DNA of 64,000 bases from Desulfatiglandales bacterium (GCA_963662465.1 OY759599.1:1696001-1760000), one strand, 5' to 3'. Numbered from the stretch's first letter, positions 33,253 to 44,254 are shown. Notes: a model not told the origin generated them from the letters alone. Numbers and translations are program-made.

Positions 33253-33378
33253 GGCCTTGATTATCCTTTCTGCCACCAAATGTAGGGGCGAACCTGGGTG
33301 TTCGCCCTTTACCTGGGCAGAAACACATGTCTGCCCCTACAAGCAATATCGACGTTGGCCGAAACGATGATCAAGGCC
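33253..33378. repeat. MITE-like element: 23-bp imperfect TIRs enclosing a GTAG-type REP doublet
   Basis: GGCCTTGATTATCCTTTCTGCCA ... TGGCCGAAACGATGATCAAGGCC; inside, GTAGGGGCGAACC..GTTCGCCC / GGGCAGA..TCTGCCCCTAC (33282-33340). Confidence 0.75.
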
Positions 33379-33451
33379 GATAAGACAATCAAGAAGCATC
33401 TTCCGAAGGGAATTCGATATTCATCATTCATCATTCCAACAGGGGGCAAGA

Positions 33452-34582
33452 ATGGTTGATCAGCTTGAACTGAAAAGCATAGAGTTGAAAGGGTTTAAGT
33501 CCATCGATGCAGAAGTACAAACGATAGAATTGCACCCAATAACAGTTATGCTGGGCGCCAATGGCGCTGGTAAAAGCAACCTGGTGTCTTTTTTCAAGAT
33601 GTTGAACTACATGACTACCGGCGGTCTGCAGCAATATGTGGCGGACCAGGGGTTTGCAGATTCTCTGCTGTATCTGGGGGCCAAGGTAACGTCGGAGGTG
33701 TCGGTGCGACTTCGGTTTGAGAACGCAGGAGCTAAGGATGAGTATGCTTTTGTGATGAACCGCGATGCGACGGGGCGGCTGTTCCTGAAAGAAGAGACGA
33801 TCGTTTATCATGCGATGGGAAGAGATACGTCTCAAATTCGCAAGCTCGGAGGAGGTGTGCGGGAATCTCAGTTGAAGGAGTGTTCAGAAAAGGGGGACCG
33901 GACCTGTCAGGCTGTCTATTCCCTGCTCTCACAGTGCCGGGTATTTCAGTTTCATGATACCTCGACGACCGCTAAAATCCGCGGTGAAGGCTATGTTGAC
34001 GATGCAAGGTTTCTGAGAAGCGATGGTGGAAATCTGGCTGCATTCCTGCGCCGACTACACCTCCGAGACCCCGGAAAACGATATTACGATCGCATCGTGC
34101 GTCATATCCGGTTGATAGTGCCCCAGTTCTCGGACTTCGACCTGGCGCCTTTACCGGAGAATGACAAGTATGTTCGGCTTAATTGGAGGGAAAAGGGGTC
34201 GGATTACCTTTTCGGGCCGCACCAGTTGTCCGACGGTTCCTTGCGCTTCATGGCGCTGGCGACCCTCTTTATGCAGCCGCCGGACCTTCGGCCAAGGGTC
34301 ATCGTTGTGGACGAGCCGGAACTGGGGCTCCATCCGGCAGCTATATCGGCGTTGGCGGGCATGGCCAAGGCGGCTTCGCCGGCAACGCAGGTGATCCTGG
34401 CAACCCAGTCCTCTCGATTGATCGATGAGTTCATGGCGGATCAAGTGATGATTGTCGAACGTGATGAGAAGCGATCTCGGACGTTATTTCGACGGTTGAG
34501 CGAGGAGGGGTTGAGCGAATGGCTTGAAAGATACTGTCTGAGCGATCTGTGGGAAAAGAACGTGCTGGGGGGGCGCCCGTAA
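33452..34582 (+). CDS. ABC-type AAA ATPase (AAA_21-like)
   Basis: KGFKSI, GANGAGKSN, LSDGSLRF signature, VDEPELGLHP, ATQS. Confidence 0.9.
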   Translation: MVDQLELKSIELKGFKSIDAEVQTIELHPITVMLGANGAGKSNLVSFFKMLNYMTTGGLQQYVADQGFADSLLYLGAKVTSEVSVRLRFENAGAKDEYAFVMNRDATGRLFLKEETIVYHAMGRDTSQIRKLGGGVRESQLKECSEKGDRTCQAVYSLLSQCRVFQFHDTSTTAKIRGEGYVDDARFLRSDGGNLAAFLRRLHLRDPGKRYYDRIVRHIRLIVPQFSDFDLAPLPENDKYVRLNWREKGSDYLFGPHQLSDGSLRFMALATLFMQPPDLRPRVIVVDEPELGLHPAAISALAGMAKAASPATQVILATQSSRLIDEFMADQVMIVERDEKRSRTLFRRLSEEGLSEWLERYCLSDLWEKNVLGGRP

Positions 34583-35295
34583 TGCCGATACGACTTCACA
34601 TTACCGCGGAAGGACAGACCGAGGAACGTTTTGTGAAAGAAGTCCTGGCGCCGTATTTAGGCGAACGGGAAGTTTGGACCGATGCCCGAAGCATCCTGAC
34701 GAGCAAAGACAACCGGCTGGGCGTTGAATATCGGGGCGGATGGCGGCGGACCAGTGCCTACGCCACGGTGAAAAGGGATATCTGCACCTGGATGAAGGAA
34801 GACCGGAACCCGGACGTCCGGTTTACGACCATGTTCGATTTCTATGCGCTGCCGAGAGATTTTCCCGGATACACCAAGGCACAGAGAGAAACGGACCCTT
34901 ACCGCCGTGTTGCAACCCTGGAAAAAAACCTTGCCGTGGATATAAACGGTGAGTTGAACGACACGCGCTTCATTCCCTACATTCAACTTCATGAATTCGA
35001 GGCACTGATACTGGCGGACCCGAAACAACTCGGCTGGGAGTTTCTCGAACATGATGACCCCATCCAGCGGCTGATCAATATGGTCGAAATTGAAGGCGGA
35101 AATCCCGAATTAATCGATGATGGTGTGACAACCGCTCCCTCCAAACGCATTATCGCTGAGATAGCCGAATACGCGGGAAATAAAGCGACATCCGGTCCCC
35201 TGGTGGCCGGCAAGATCGGCATGCCGTTGTTATGCGAACGCTGCCGGCATTTCGGCCAATGGATTGCCGGGCTTGTGAGGCTTGGGAATTTATAA
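34582..35295 (+). CDS. DUF4276-family protein
   Basis: AEGQTEERFV, TTMFDFYALP.DFPG, FIPYIQLHEFEAL, NPELIDDG..TAPSKRI, CRHF.W; TAATG overlap with the ATPase. Confidence 0.85.
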   Translation: MPIRLHITAEGQTEERFVKEVLAPYLGEREVWTDARSILTSKDNRLGVEYRGGWRRTSAYATVKRDICTWMKEDRNPDVRFTTMFDFYALPRDFPGYTKAQRETDPYRRVATLEKNLAVDINGELNDTRFIPYIQLHEFEALILADPKQLGWEFLEHDDPIQRLINMVEIEGGNPELIDDGVTTAPSKRIIAEIAEYAGNKATSGPLVAGKIGMPLLCERCRHFGQWIAGLVRLGNL

Positions 35296-35373
35296 CTTAC
35301 AACCTTATGTCTTTCTGCGAGATGCTCACCCCTCAGACGGAACATTTTTTCACGTTAATCTGCGTTAAGCCAA

Positions 35374-35618
35374 AGATCGGAACCACGGCCAGTGATGTGG
35401 GGGAATGGATCGATGACTCGTCCATTACCGCCTTGGTCAAAGCGACGTTGCTGTATCATCGTTCGACCAGTAGCCTCAACACCAAGGTCGAGACGACCGA
35501 AGGCGTTGTCAAGTTGAGCAGCTGGCGATGAAGCATGGGAATCCGTCAAAGCAGGTGCGGAAAAAGCCTGGGCTGAAGTCAAGACCGCCTATCACGATGC
35601 GGCCTCGAAGTTCAAATA
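35374..35618 (+). pseudogene. Fused fragments: third BON domain and coiled-coil gene 3' end
   Basis: DVGEWIDDSSITALVK..GVVKLS joined to GDEAWESVKAGAEKAW..SKFK*. Confidence 0.8.
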
Positions 35619-35777
35619 AGACAGAAATTCTGAATGTATGGGCTTGGCGGTATGCTGTTTTCCGTTGAAACTCCCTGTAATACCGACCCACGCAAAATGA
35701 GAGTCGACTATCAGATGTGAACGCATTTCTGGTAGAAAGAAGTTAGATTCCGATCCGACACTCCCAAAAGCTTCCCT

Positions 35778-36587
35778 TCAATACAGATTGCCGGTTGTGA
35801 GGGTCAATCCCCCCTTTTTTCCATTGCCTACGGTGTAGCGGGTGCTGCCGGATATGCGTGTCTCTATCTCCAGCTCTGAGAGTTCAAGTGTCGTCGGACG
35901 ACAGCTTTCGTGGGTCCGGATCAACTGCGGTGGGAGGGAATATCTTTGACGGCCTTCTCGGTTTGAAAGTAGATAATGAACCGTTTGATCTGACTCATTA
36001 ACCAACTGGAAGCGAATCCCCATGGATTTGGGGCGCCCGAACATCTGCACGGCAAAATACACCCCGGACGCCGGGTCTTGAGCAACACCCACACCTATTT
36101 CCACGACATCGGGATCCACCATATTCTTGCGGTGTTCCGGGGACTTTTCCCATCCTATGACGAAAATCTTTCCCAGTTTTTCCGTACTGAATCCCTCGGA
36201 ACGAAACTGGTAGGCAATGTTCTCGGAGACGATACAAAATTGATATCCCTGGGCCTGCGCCCGCTCAGACGGTAAACGGCCATCGGCCGTGTGGCCGAAC
36301 TTCTTTGTGCGGGCCATGAAATCGGCGAACCGCTGTGATGTTTTGTTCAGCGCTTTGTTTGGCCCAACCGGTTCAAGGCCTTCCCCCTTCCGGAAACGAT
36401 TGGTTTGTTTGACAATTAATGCCTTAACAGCGGAAATTTCCGCCTCTTTCTTCTTAAAACCCTCTTTCTTAAAAACCCCGGCGAGTTGTGGCATGGGCGG
36501 CTCGTCGCGTTCCGGCTGCTCGGTCATCCCGCCGGAAGCCGTTATAAAAGACAACAGGAAAATCAACGATAACAGGATGTTTTGCAA
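35778..36587 (-). CDS. CAP/SCP-domain secreted protein
   Basis: TNRFRK.EGL, FGH.ADG, SENIA, WEKSPEHRKNM, EIGVG, AVQMFG. Confidence 0.9.
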   Translation of the reverse strand: MQNILLSLIFLLSFITASGGMTEQPERDEPPMPQLAGVFKKEGFKKKEAEISAVKALIVKQTNRFRKGEGLEPVGPNKALNKTSQRFADFMARTKKFGHTADGRLPSERAQAQGYQFCIVSENIAYQFRSEGFSTEKLGKIFVIGWEKSPEHRKNMVDPDVVEIGVGVAQDPASGVYFAVQMFGRPKSMGIRFQLVNESDQTVHYLLSNREGRQRYSLPPQLIRTHESCRPTTLELSELEIETRISGSTRYTVGNGKKGGLTLTTGNLY

Positions 36588-36771
36588 GTATTAACTCCTT
36601 TTCGCGAGTTTCATCCCCCCCAATAGGGATATGAATATGGACCCGATTTTATGAGTCAATTTAATCATATTGAGGATATATAAAATCGTCGTACATGTCA
36701 AAAACAAGAGGTGTGGCTTACAATATTGCGAAATGTGACCGAGGATGCCGAACCTGATTGATGTTTTGCCT

Positions 36772-36887
36772 CCTGGAAACCCGATGGCGCATCAAGGGAA
36801 AGGACGGGGGAAAGGACGGGGCCGCAGAGATCCCGGGTCTCAACGCAAGTACCTTGAGAGCCAGGATGCATAAGCTCGGGATCGTCC
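36772..36887 (+). pseudogene. Fragment of activator HTH-coding 3' end
   Basis: Matches 5336-5440 (GGAAACCCG..AGTACCTTGAGAG..GGATGCATAAGCT). Confidence 0.7.
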
Positions 36888-36936
36888 TTAATCAGACCAA
36901 AAAGCCGGATTAAGATTCGACTCTTCCAGAAGTCCC

Positions 36937-37085
36937 CCCTCAATATATGGAAGTTCCACCAAATATTGAGGGCTAACCAATGATTTAAACCTTCTTAATG
37001 GTTCTCTCCTGTTCATATAACCAACCGTTATTAAAGGATAATGAAAACCTCTTGCTTTTTTCCAATTGTTGGCAAGCCCTTTGCA
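36937..37085 (+). promoter_or_regulatory. Palindrome + IHF-like box + sigma54 promoter (upstream of coiled-coil gene and DUF748)
   Basis: Palindrome 36937-36972; TTGGCAAGCCCTTTGCA with GG at 37071 (99 bp). Confidence 0.85.
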
Positions 37086-37174
37086 TAAACAGTTTGCATG
37101 ATCCTGGTCGCCATAACATAAGGTGGAATACCATAAAATCGAACAAGAAGGACCCATCAATCATGGAGGTCGTT

Positions 37175-37465
37175 ATGAAAGACGAAAGAAAAGCGTACGA
37201 AGAAAAGTTGGATGCACAGTTGAAGGAATGGAATGCGCGGATCGCTCTGCTCAAGGCCAAGGATGAGAATGCCAAGGCCGATGCGAAGATGGATTACCAC
37301 AAAATCATCGAGGCATTGGAGCACAAACAGGGTGAAGCCAAGGCCAAGTTGACGGAGTTAAAAACCGCCGGCGATGAGGCATGGGAATCCGTCAAAGCAG
37401 GTGCGGAAAAAGCCTGGACTGAAGTCAAGACCGCCTATCACGATGCGGCCTCGAAGTTCAAATAA
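37175..37465 (+). CDS. Small coiled-coil stress-type protein (96 aa)
   Basis: Paralogue of 26768-27058; GGAGG RBS. Confidence 0.85.
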   Translation: MKDERKAYEEKLDAQLKEWNARIALLKAKDENAKADAKMDYHKIIEALEHKQGEAKAKLTELKTAGDEAWESVKAGAEKAWTEVKTAYHDAASKFK

Positions 37466-37502
37466 GGCAGGGATTCTGAATAGAAAGGGGGTAAATGAAC
37501 CC

Positions 37503-40500
37503 ATGGATACTCCTGAAAGCGAGCCGCTTCGCAAACATTGGCTGATGAGAGTTTTGCTGGGCAAAGCCTTCATCGTCGCTGTTGCCCTTATGATCACCTA
37601 CACCCTGGCGGGCTTTTTTCTTGCCCCTTATCTGATCAAGCGCCAGGCGATCCGGTTTGCCCAGGAATCCCTCAAGTGCCTCGTGGTCATGGAAAAGGTC
37701 CGGGTGAACCCATACACTCTCACCCTGGAAATCAGGAACTTCGACCTCAAAGAAAGAGACGGATCCCCGCTACTCGCATTCAAGTCGTTTTTCATCAACT
37801 TCGAGATCGCCAGTCTCTGGCACTGGGCCTGGACCTTTGCGGATGTTCGCATGGATGGCCCGGTCGTGAACCTGCAAATAAAACCTGAGGGCCGCATCAA
37901 CTTTGTTGATCTTGCAGACCGGATCCCAAGAAAAGAAAATGAAGGGAAAACTTCCCTGCAAGAAAAACCCGAAGAAAAGGCGCCCCCGCCGCGCGTCATC
38001 TTTGAACACATTGCCTTGAACCAGGGGCAACTCTTTTTCACGGACCGATCCGGCCCCACTCCCGGCAGTATTGTGCTTGAGACGATTGGCCTGGAACTCA
38101 AAAACCTTACCACGCTGCTGGACAAGAAGGGCGTCTATTCCATTGAAGCAACCCTTCCCTACGGCGGAAAGCTCGCAGGGGCCGGGGATGTTTCCCTCCA
38201 TCCTCTCTGGTCCGAAGGCAGGGTAAAAGTGGAGGGATTCAAGACCGTTTCGGCATGGGCGTTTTTGCAGGATGAAATCCTGGTGAACAAACCGGGGGGT
38301 GAAGTAGACCTCGAAGCCCGCTACCGATTTGAAAATGCGGCAAAATCCCCTTCTTTTGTCATTGAGGGATTGAAAGTGCTTGTCTCGGCCCTGGAACTCA
38401 AGGCCCGGGGGGACCGGGAGCCGATTCTCGCAGTTGACGCCATTCGTCTCGATGACGGCCGGTTTGATCTGGCCTCTCGATCGCTCCAGGTGGGGGCGTT
38501 GGCGCTTTGCCGGGGTCGCGCGACAGCGGACATCAACGAACAGGGGCGGTTGAACTGGCAGGCGCTTTTAAAGGCCGGCGGAGAAGTCCGGTCTTCCGCC
38601 CAAAAGGTGGCGCCCTTGGAAGGACCGCCATGGCGCGTGGCGCTCAAGACCCTCAGCCTTGATGATTTCACGGTGGCCTATAGTGATCACAGCAGGTTTT
38701 ATCCTCTTGAAATAGGCGTTTCCAGACTCGGTGTGAAGGGCAAGGCCGATCTTTCTTTTATGCCTGAGAAAGTGGGGGTCCTGGCAGAGAATTTTAATGT
38801 CCTCTTCGAGGGCGTATCCTTGAAAGAGACGGGGCAGGATGCGCCCCTGGTCACCCTGGAAAGTCTTGCCGTGAAAGAAGGCCGCATGGACCTTGAAACC
38901 CGACAGGTGACCCTGGAGAGGATCATGATGGAAGGCGGGCATGCCGCCATGGTGCTGGAAAAGACCGGCAACCTGAACCTGTTGCGCGTGCTCGGAAGGA
39001 GAAATGTCGGCAAACTTCGAGAAAAAATTGCAGGCGCCGTGGAAAAGGCGCAAGCTGAAGGACGGCCCTGGTCTGTTGCCGTCGGCGCACTGGCTGCGGC
39101 CGGGTTGAACGTCGCTTTCAGGGATCAGACGCTTTCGCCCGCGCCCGCCGTGAACCTTCAAGACATCTCGCTGAAGCTTGCCGATTTCCACAGTGAAGGC
39201 AAGACCTCTGCTCCCTTTGAGGTGTCTCTAACGGTACAGGAAGGGGGCGCCGTGAATGCCAAGGGACGCTTCACTCTCACTCAAAAAAGCGCTGAAGCGA
39301 CTGTGCATGTGTCGAACCTGGCCCTGACGCCTTTTCAGCCCTACGTGGCACAATACGCCTACCTGAGTGTGGATGCGGGGAATTTCAACGCTGCGGGAAA
39401 GGTGCGCTATGGTGAGGGGGAAAAAGGCCCGAACCTGCAATTCTCCGGCGATGCGCACATCCTTGATCTGCTCGTTTCCGAGTTGGGCGCCAAGTTGCAA
39501 ACCAAGCCGGATACCACTCAAAAATTTCTTGCCTGGCATGCCTTGAAGGCGAACAATATCAAGCTGGGCCTTTGGCCTGAACGTCTTGACATCGGAGAAC
39601 TCCGCCTCATAGAGCCGTACGGAAAGCTGATCATATATGAAGACATGAGCCTGAACCTGACCAAGGTGCTGCGGCATAAAGAGGAAACGGTTGAGGAAAA
39701 AAAACCGGTGTCCCAAGGGGAAACTCCCGGCGGGTTTCCGGTGGATGTTCGGAGAATCCGCATCGAGAAAGGCGTCCTCGATTTCGCGGACCTGAGTCTC
39801 CGCATACCATTTGCCGCAAAGATCTATGAATTGAAGGGAGCCATCGTCGGGCTCTCCACGAAAGAAGGCGCGCGGGCGCGGATTCAGCTCGAGGGCAAGG
39901 TGGATGAATATGGCATGTCCAAAATCCAGGGGCAGATTGAGTCGCTCAATGTCAAGCATTTCGCCGACATCACCATGATTTTCAAGAACGTGGAGATGAC
40001 CAACCTCACCCCTTACACGGGGAAATTCGCCGGGTACAGGATCAGCTCCGGAAAGCTCTCCCTTGATCTTCATTACCTGATCGAGCAGAGTGAACTCAAA
40101 GGGAGCAACCAGATCATCCTGGACAACCTCACGCTGGGCGAGAAGGTGGAAAGCGCCCGCTTCGCCTGACATCCCCCTTGAGCTCGCCCTTGCGCTCCTG
40201 AAGGATGCTGATGGTCGGATTGACATCGGGCTCCCGGTTTCCGGCAACCTGGATGATCCTCAGTTCAGCTACGCGCATCTCATGTGGAAAACCCTTATCA
40301 GCTTTTTCACCAAAATCGTCACTTCCCCTTTCAGAGCACTGGCCGGCATGCTCGGGGTGGAACAAGAGAATTTCGAGACCATTGGGTTTGAGCCGGGTCG
40401 GGCCGTGTTGCTTCCTCCTGAGCGAGAAAAAGTGAAGACCCTTTCAGAAGCGCTTGCCAAGCGCCCGCAACTTGCGCTGAAAATCCAGGGCCGGTTTGAT

Positions 40501-40986
40501 CCGGTTGCAGACGGTGAGGCCCTGAAGTCCATGCTGATCCGGCTCGAAATTGCCGGACGGACGGGTAGAAAGGTGGGTCCCGGCGAAGATCCGGGGCCGG
40601 TGAATGTGAGCAATCCGCTGGTCCAGCAGGCCATCGAGATAATGGTCATGGACCGAATTTCCGCCGATATGCCGGCTGCGGCCAAGGAGAGTGCGGCAAA
40701 ACGGGCGGCGGTGATGGACAAGGAAGCCGGAAAAGCTGCCGCGCTCCCGCCGGACCTGCCCCGTGAGCGTTACACCGCCCTGCTGCAAAAACTTATGGAA
40801 GCGCACCCGGTGACAGAAATCCGCTTGAATGAATTGGCCCGTGAACGGGCGGAAGCGATCAAGCGGGAATTTGTGGCAGCGGGGACGATCGATGAGGGGA
40901 GGCTGACGGTCCTTGAACCCTCAGCTACCCAAGAAAACAACGAGAAAACCGTATCTTCCGAGCTCACCCTGGATGTTCGTCGTTGA
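37503..40986 (+). pseudogene. DUF748-repeat (AsmA-like) envelope protein, frameshift near 40155
   Basis: GFFLAPYLIK..VRVNPYTL..LTPYTGKFAGY..GKLSLDL; C-terminus LALALLKD.DGRIDI.LPVSG.LDDPQFS lies in another frame. Confidence 0.82.
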
Positions 40987-41136
40987 GTCCATGATCATCG
41001 TTTCGGCCATTTGCCACCAGGGGTTGAAACCCCTGGCTATTATCAACCGTCCCTACAGGACGGTAAAAGCCCCATCGGGGCGACAGACAATAGCCCGGCA
41101 ATTTATTGCCGGGTGGCCGAAACGATGATCAAGGCC
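40987..41136. repeat. Second MITE-like element with the same TIR and a different palindromic interior
   Basis: TGATCATCGTTTCGGCCA ... TGGCCGAAACGATGATCAAGGCC; direct repeat GTCGTTGAGTCCATG at 40979 and 41137; internal hairpins CCAGGGGTTGAAACCCCTGG and CCCGGCAATTTATTGCCGGG. Confidence 0.75.
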
Positions 41137-41223
41137 GTCGTTGAGTCCATGTGAGAGCAAGGATCCATAAGCTCGGGATACTCCGGCCGGGGACCAAGGT
41201 GTCGGATTAAACTGCCTTTTTTG

Positions 41224-41538
41224 TTATTCTTCCAAGCCTTCCCGATAGCCTCGTTTAAACTCGGATTTAGCCATTTTAAAGCTGTTTTTATACATATCCC
41301 AGATGCTTTCCGCGCCTTGCTTAAGATCCTCCCAGGTATTTTCATTTGCATCACGGATCTTTGTAAGCGTTTGTTGTGCCTCTTCCACGTTTTGACGAAG
41401 CGCTTTGATCTGCTCCTCGTACTTGATTTTCGTCTTTGCATCCGCCTTCGAGGTTTCTCGGTCTAATCCCTCAATATCCTTATCCCATTCGTCAAGCTGC
41501 GCTTTGAGCCTTTCCAAATAGGCCTCTCTGGTAGTCAT
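41224..41538 (-). CDS. Small coiled-coil stress-type protein
   Basis: REAYLERLKAQLDEWD..WEDLKQGAE.IW; GGAGG RBS. Confidence 0.85.
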   Translation of the reverse strand: MTTREAYLERLKAQLDEWDKDIEGLDRETSKADAKTKIKYEEQIKALRQNVEEAQQTLTKIRDANENTWEDLKQGAESIWDMYKNSFKMAKSEFKRGYREGLEE

Positions 41539-41724
41539 GATCAATCCTCCCGCTATTTGTTATTGTATTAGTCTGTGCTTGACTTTGCTTTTGGGCTTGC
41601 GGCGATCTCGCCCATTTTTTGCCTCTCGCCTATCGTGACCGGGATCATGGAGTGGTTAGATAGTCCGTCACGATGAGAAAATCCTGAAGATCGTTTCCAC
41701 CATTATCCGAATCATCCAGGTCAT

Positions 41725-43305
41725 TCAAGGTAACGCCTCGTAATCCTCCTTTTGAAAAGAATTGCTTGTTTCCCATTCAAAGCCAACGATATTGCGCTCG
41801 CTGCGGTCAAACTCCACGCCGACGAGGTAGATTTCCAAATTTTGTCCCCGGTATTTGTCCGCATAATCTTTTTTGCGGATTTGTTCCAGGGCGGTGCCGG
41901 GGGTCTTGTCGATGTCCGTAACCTTGAATTCAAAGATGAAGACCCGGTTTTCAAGGCGCACAGTCATGTCAATGCGGCCGTGATTTGTTGTGTCTTCAGC
42001 CGTGACATCAAGTCCCAGAGCCGTAAAGTAACAGTAGAAAACAGAGGCGTAATATCCTTCGTATGCAGCCAGTTTGTTTTTGCGATACCAGTCATGGGGA
42101 ATGGCGGAAAACAGGGCGTGAAAGACCTTCCGAATATCATCGATCCGGGCAGCGGACAGGGCCTGATACAGATCAATTTTACATTTTTCATAAACATCCC
42201 GCTGAGAAACCAGATAGGCGGAAAGGCTATCCGCAAAACTCATGCGCACTTCCAGATTGGGATAATCAAGCCGGTAAGCGGTCAGGTTTCCAAACTGCTG
42301 CCGGTCTTGAATGGTCAGATAGCCGGTCTGGAACATTATGGTTTCGACTTCGATGCTGTCCAAATCAAAGCTGCCCAGCAGACGTTCCGTGGCCACGGTG
42401 TTTTGCAGGCCGGGAGCCAGATACTTGCGCGTAAGAAAAAGCTTGAGCAGAAATTCCGGGGTGCCGCTTTCAAACCAGTAGTTGCGGAATTCCCCCGATC
42501 GCAGATAATTGAGGACACTAAAGGGGTTGTAAACCTTTTCGGCAAGCCAGGAATACCCATTGTACCATTTGCGGATTTCCGCTACGGGTTTGTCTTTGAG
42601 ATGTTCGGCAAACACCTCGGTCATCTCGGCTTCGGTATAACCGCAGATGGTGGCGTAATGCACATCAAGGGTGATATCGGTCAGGTTGTTGAGCCCGGAA
42701 AACAGGCTGACTTTGGAGAACTTGGAGACCCCGGTGAGAAAAGCGAACCGGATATGGGCGTCGCTGTCTTTGATGACGGAATAAAGATTTTTCAACCCTT
42801 CCCGGATTTCAACAGCCCTGTCCGGGTCCGTGATATTGTCCAGAATCGGCTTGTCGTATTCATCCACCAGGACAACGGCTCGCAGGCCGTATTTGTCGGC
42901 GCTGTTTCGGATCAGTTCGCCGAAACAGCCGGGGATATCTCCGGGGTCCCGGCAGGTGATGCCCAGGGTTTTCTGATTTCGGTACAGAAGATCCACAATG
43001 CGCCGATCCAGTTCCTCCCGGTTGCGGACCACGCCGCCGGCAAAGGAAATATGAATCACGGGATATTTTTTTCCCCAGTCCCAGTGATCGTGAAGCCACA
43101 GCCCCCGGAACAGGTCCTGGTTGCCTTCAAAGGCTTCCTTCAGGGTGTCAATGAACAGGGATTTGCCGAACCGGCGGGGCCGGGAGAGAAAATAGTAGAC
43201 GCCGCTTTCAACAAGCTGATGGACCATGGGTGACTTATCCACATACGCATATCCGTCGTTAATGATCTTACTGAGGGTGCTGACCCCGATCGGTAGCTTT
43301 TTCAT
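41725..43305 (-). CDS. AAA-ATPase-like protein with C-terminal PD-(D/E)XK nuclease domain
   Basis: LPIG..YVDKS..RPRRFGKSL, VDEYDKP, TGVSKF, YNPFS, GRID..IFEFK..ALEQI..Y. Confidence 0.92.
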   Translation of the reverse strand: MKKLPIGVSTLSKIINDGYAYVDKSPMVHQLVESGVYYFLSRPRRFGKSLFIDTLKEAFEGNQDLFRGLWLHDHWDWGKKYPVIHISFAGGVVRNREELDRRIVDLLYRNQKTLGITCRDPGDIPGCFGELIRNSADKYGLRAVVLVDEYDKPILDNITDPDRAVEIREGLKNLYSVIKDSDAHIRFAFLTGVSKFSKVSLFSGLNNLTDITLDVHYATICGYTEAEMTEVFAEHLKDKPVAEIRKWYNGYSWLAEKVYNPFSVLNYLRSGEFRNYWFESGTPEFLLKLFLTRKYLAPGLQNTVATERLLGSFDLDSIEVETIMFQTGYLTIQDRQQFGNLTAYRLDYPNLEVRMSFADSLSAYLVSQRDVYEKCKIDLYQALSAARIDDIRKVFHALFSAIPHDWYRKNKLAAYEGYYASVFYCYFTALGLDVTAEDTTNHGRIDMTVRLENRVFIFEFKVTDIDKTPGTALEQIRKKDYADKYRGQNLEIYLVGVEFDRSERNIVGFEWETSNSFQKEDYEALP

Positions 43306-43567
43306 CGCGTAGACTCCATCGCCTTAGAAAAGTTGAATGCAGATTTTACGTTTCAATGTTATCCGAGCAGGGTTTCCAAGTCAACGCACAACCATCACGA
43401 TCAGCAGTTCTCATTAGGCTAGTAAATCCGACGGGTAGGTGTTTCATGTTTCCTCCTTATAAAACGGATGTTTTCAACGGCCGGCTCATCGCAGGAATCA
43501 GCCTGGCAATCTTGAAAACTCGAATCGCCCGAATAAAACGAATAAATCGCAGCATGGTGGAAGGGTT

Positions 43568-43862
43568 TATATCAGGCCATGGGCTGCGGCGTAGCGCACC
43601 AGATCGGCGGTGGTGTGAATGTTGAGCTTTTGCATGATATGGGTGCGGTGAGTGTCTACGGTCTTGATGCTGATGTGCAGGATTTTGGCAATTTTTTTGT
43701 TACTGAAGCCCAATGAAATACTTTTCAGAACTTCCAGTTCCCGCGGCGTCAATCGGGATTTGTTTTCGTTGCCTGTTGCGCCACCCGCGGACAACCGGGA
43801 TGTAACCGCCGGGCTCACATAGGTTTCCCCTTTTCCCACAGTCTTCAGGGCTGTCATCAATT
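43568..43862 (-). pseudogene. Duplicate of the 3' half of the response regulator at 159-782
   Basis: Near-identical DNA to 159-452; receiver domain absent. Confidence 0.88.
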
Positions 43863-43888
43863 TGCGATCCGACGCTCCCCAAAGCTTA

Positions 43889-44035
43889 CCCTCGATATAT
43901 GGAGGTTCCACCAAATATTGAGGGTAAACGATCCTTCCAAACTTTTCCGCTGTTCCATCCTTTTAACCTAATTTATTGTTATTAATGGATAAATCCATCC
44001 TTCCGCTTTCTTCCACTGTTGGCAGGAGATTTGCA
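43889..44035 (+). promoter_or_regulatory. Palindrome + IHF-like box + sigma54 promoter (upstream of c-di-GMP operon)
   Basis: Palindrome 43889-43924; TTGGCAGGAGATTTGCA with GG at 44021 (97 bp). Confidence 0.85.
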
Positions 44036-44073
44036 TTGCATATTTGCATGAGTTTGATCATCATACGAATACA

Positions 44074-44175
44074 CTGAATATCCCTACCGAAATACCGGTG
44101 CTATGAGCTGTATAAGCAGCTGCGGCCTGTCAAACATTACTATTTGGGGAATTCAGAATCTCTGATAGCGCACTG
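44074..44175 (+). pseudogene. gpmA 3'-end remnant
   Basis: CTGAATAT.CCTACCG..CAAACATTACTATTTGGGGAATTCAGAATCT matches 53593-53682. Confidence 0.8.
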
Positions 44176-44254
44176 CGACGGTGTTGCGATCCCACTGGAA
44201 AACACCCGAATCCTGTGGCAGCGATGATCCGATTGACAAGAAAGGAGATAGGTA

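Noticed and set aside
39228..40247. 339-aa minus-strand ORF
   Set aside because: Antisense shadow of the GC-rich DUF748 gene
41752..43233. 493-aa plus-strand ORF
   Set aside because: Antisense shadow of the AAA-PD-(D/E)XK gene, with no recognisable motifs
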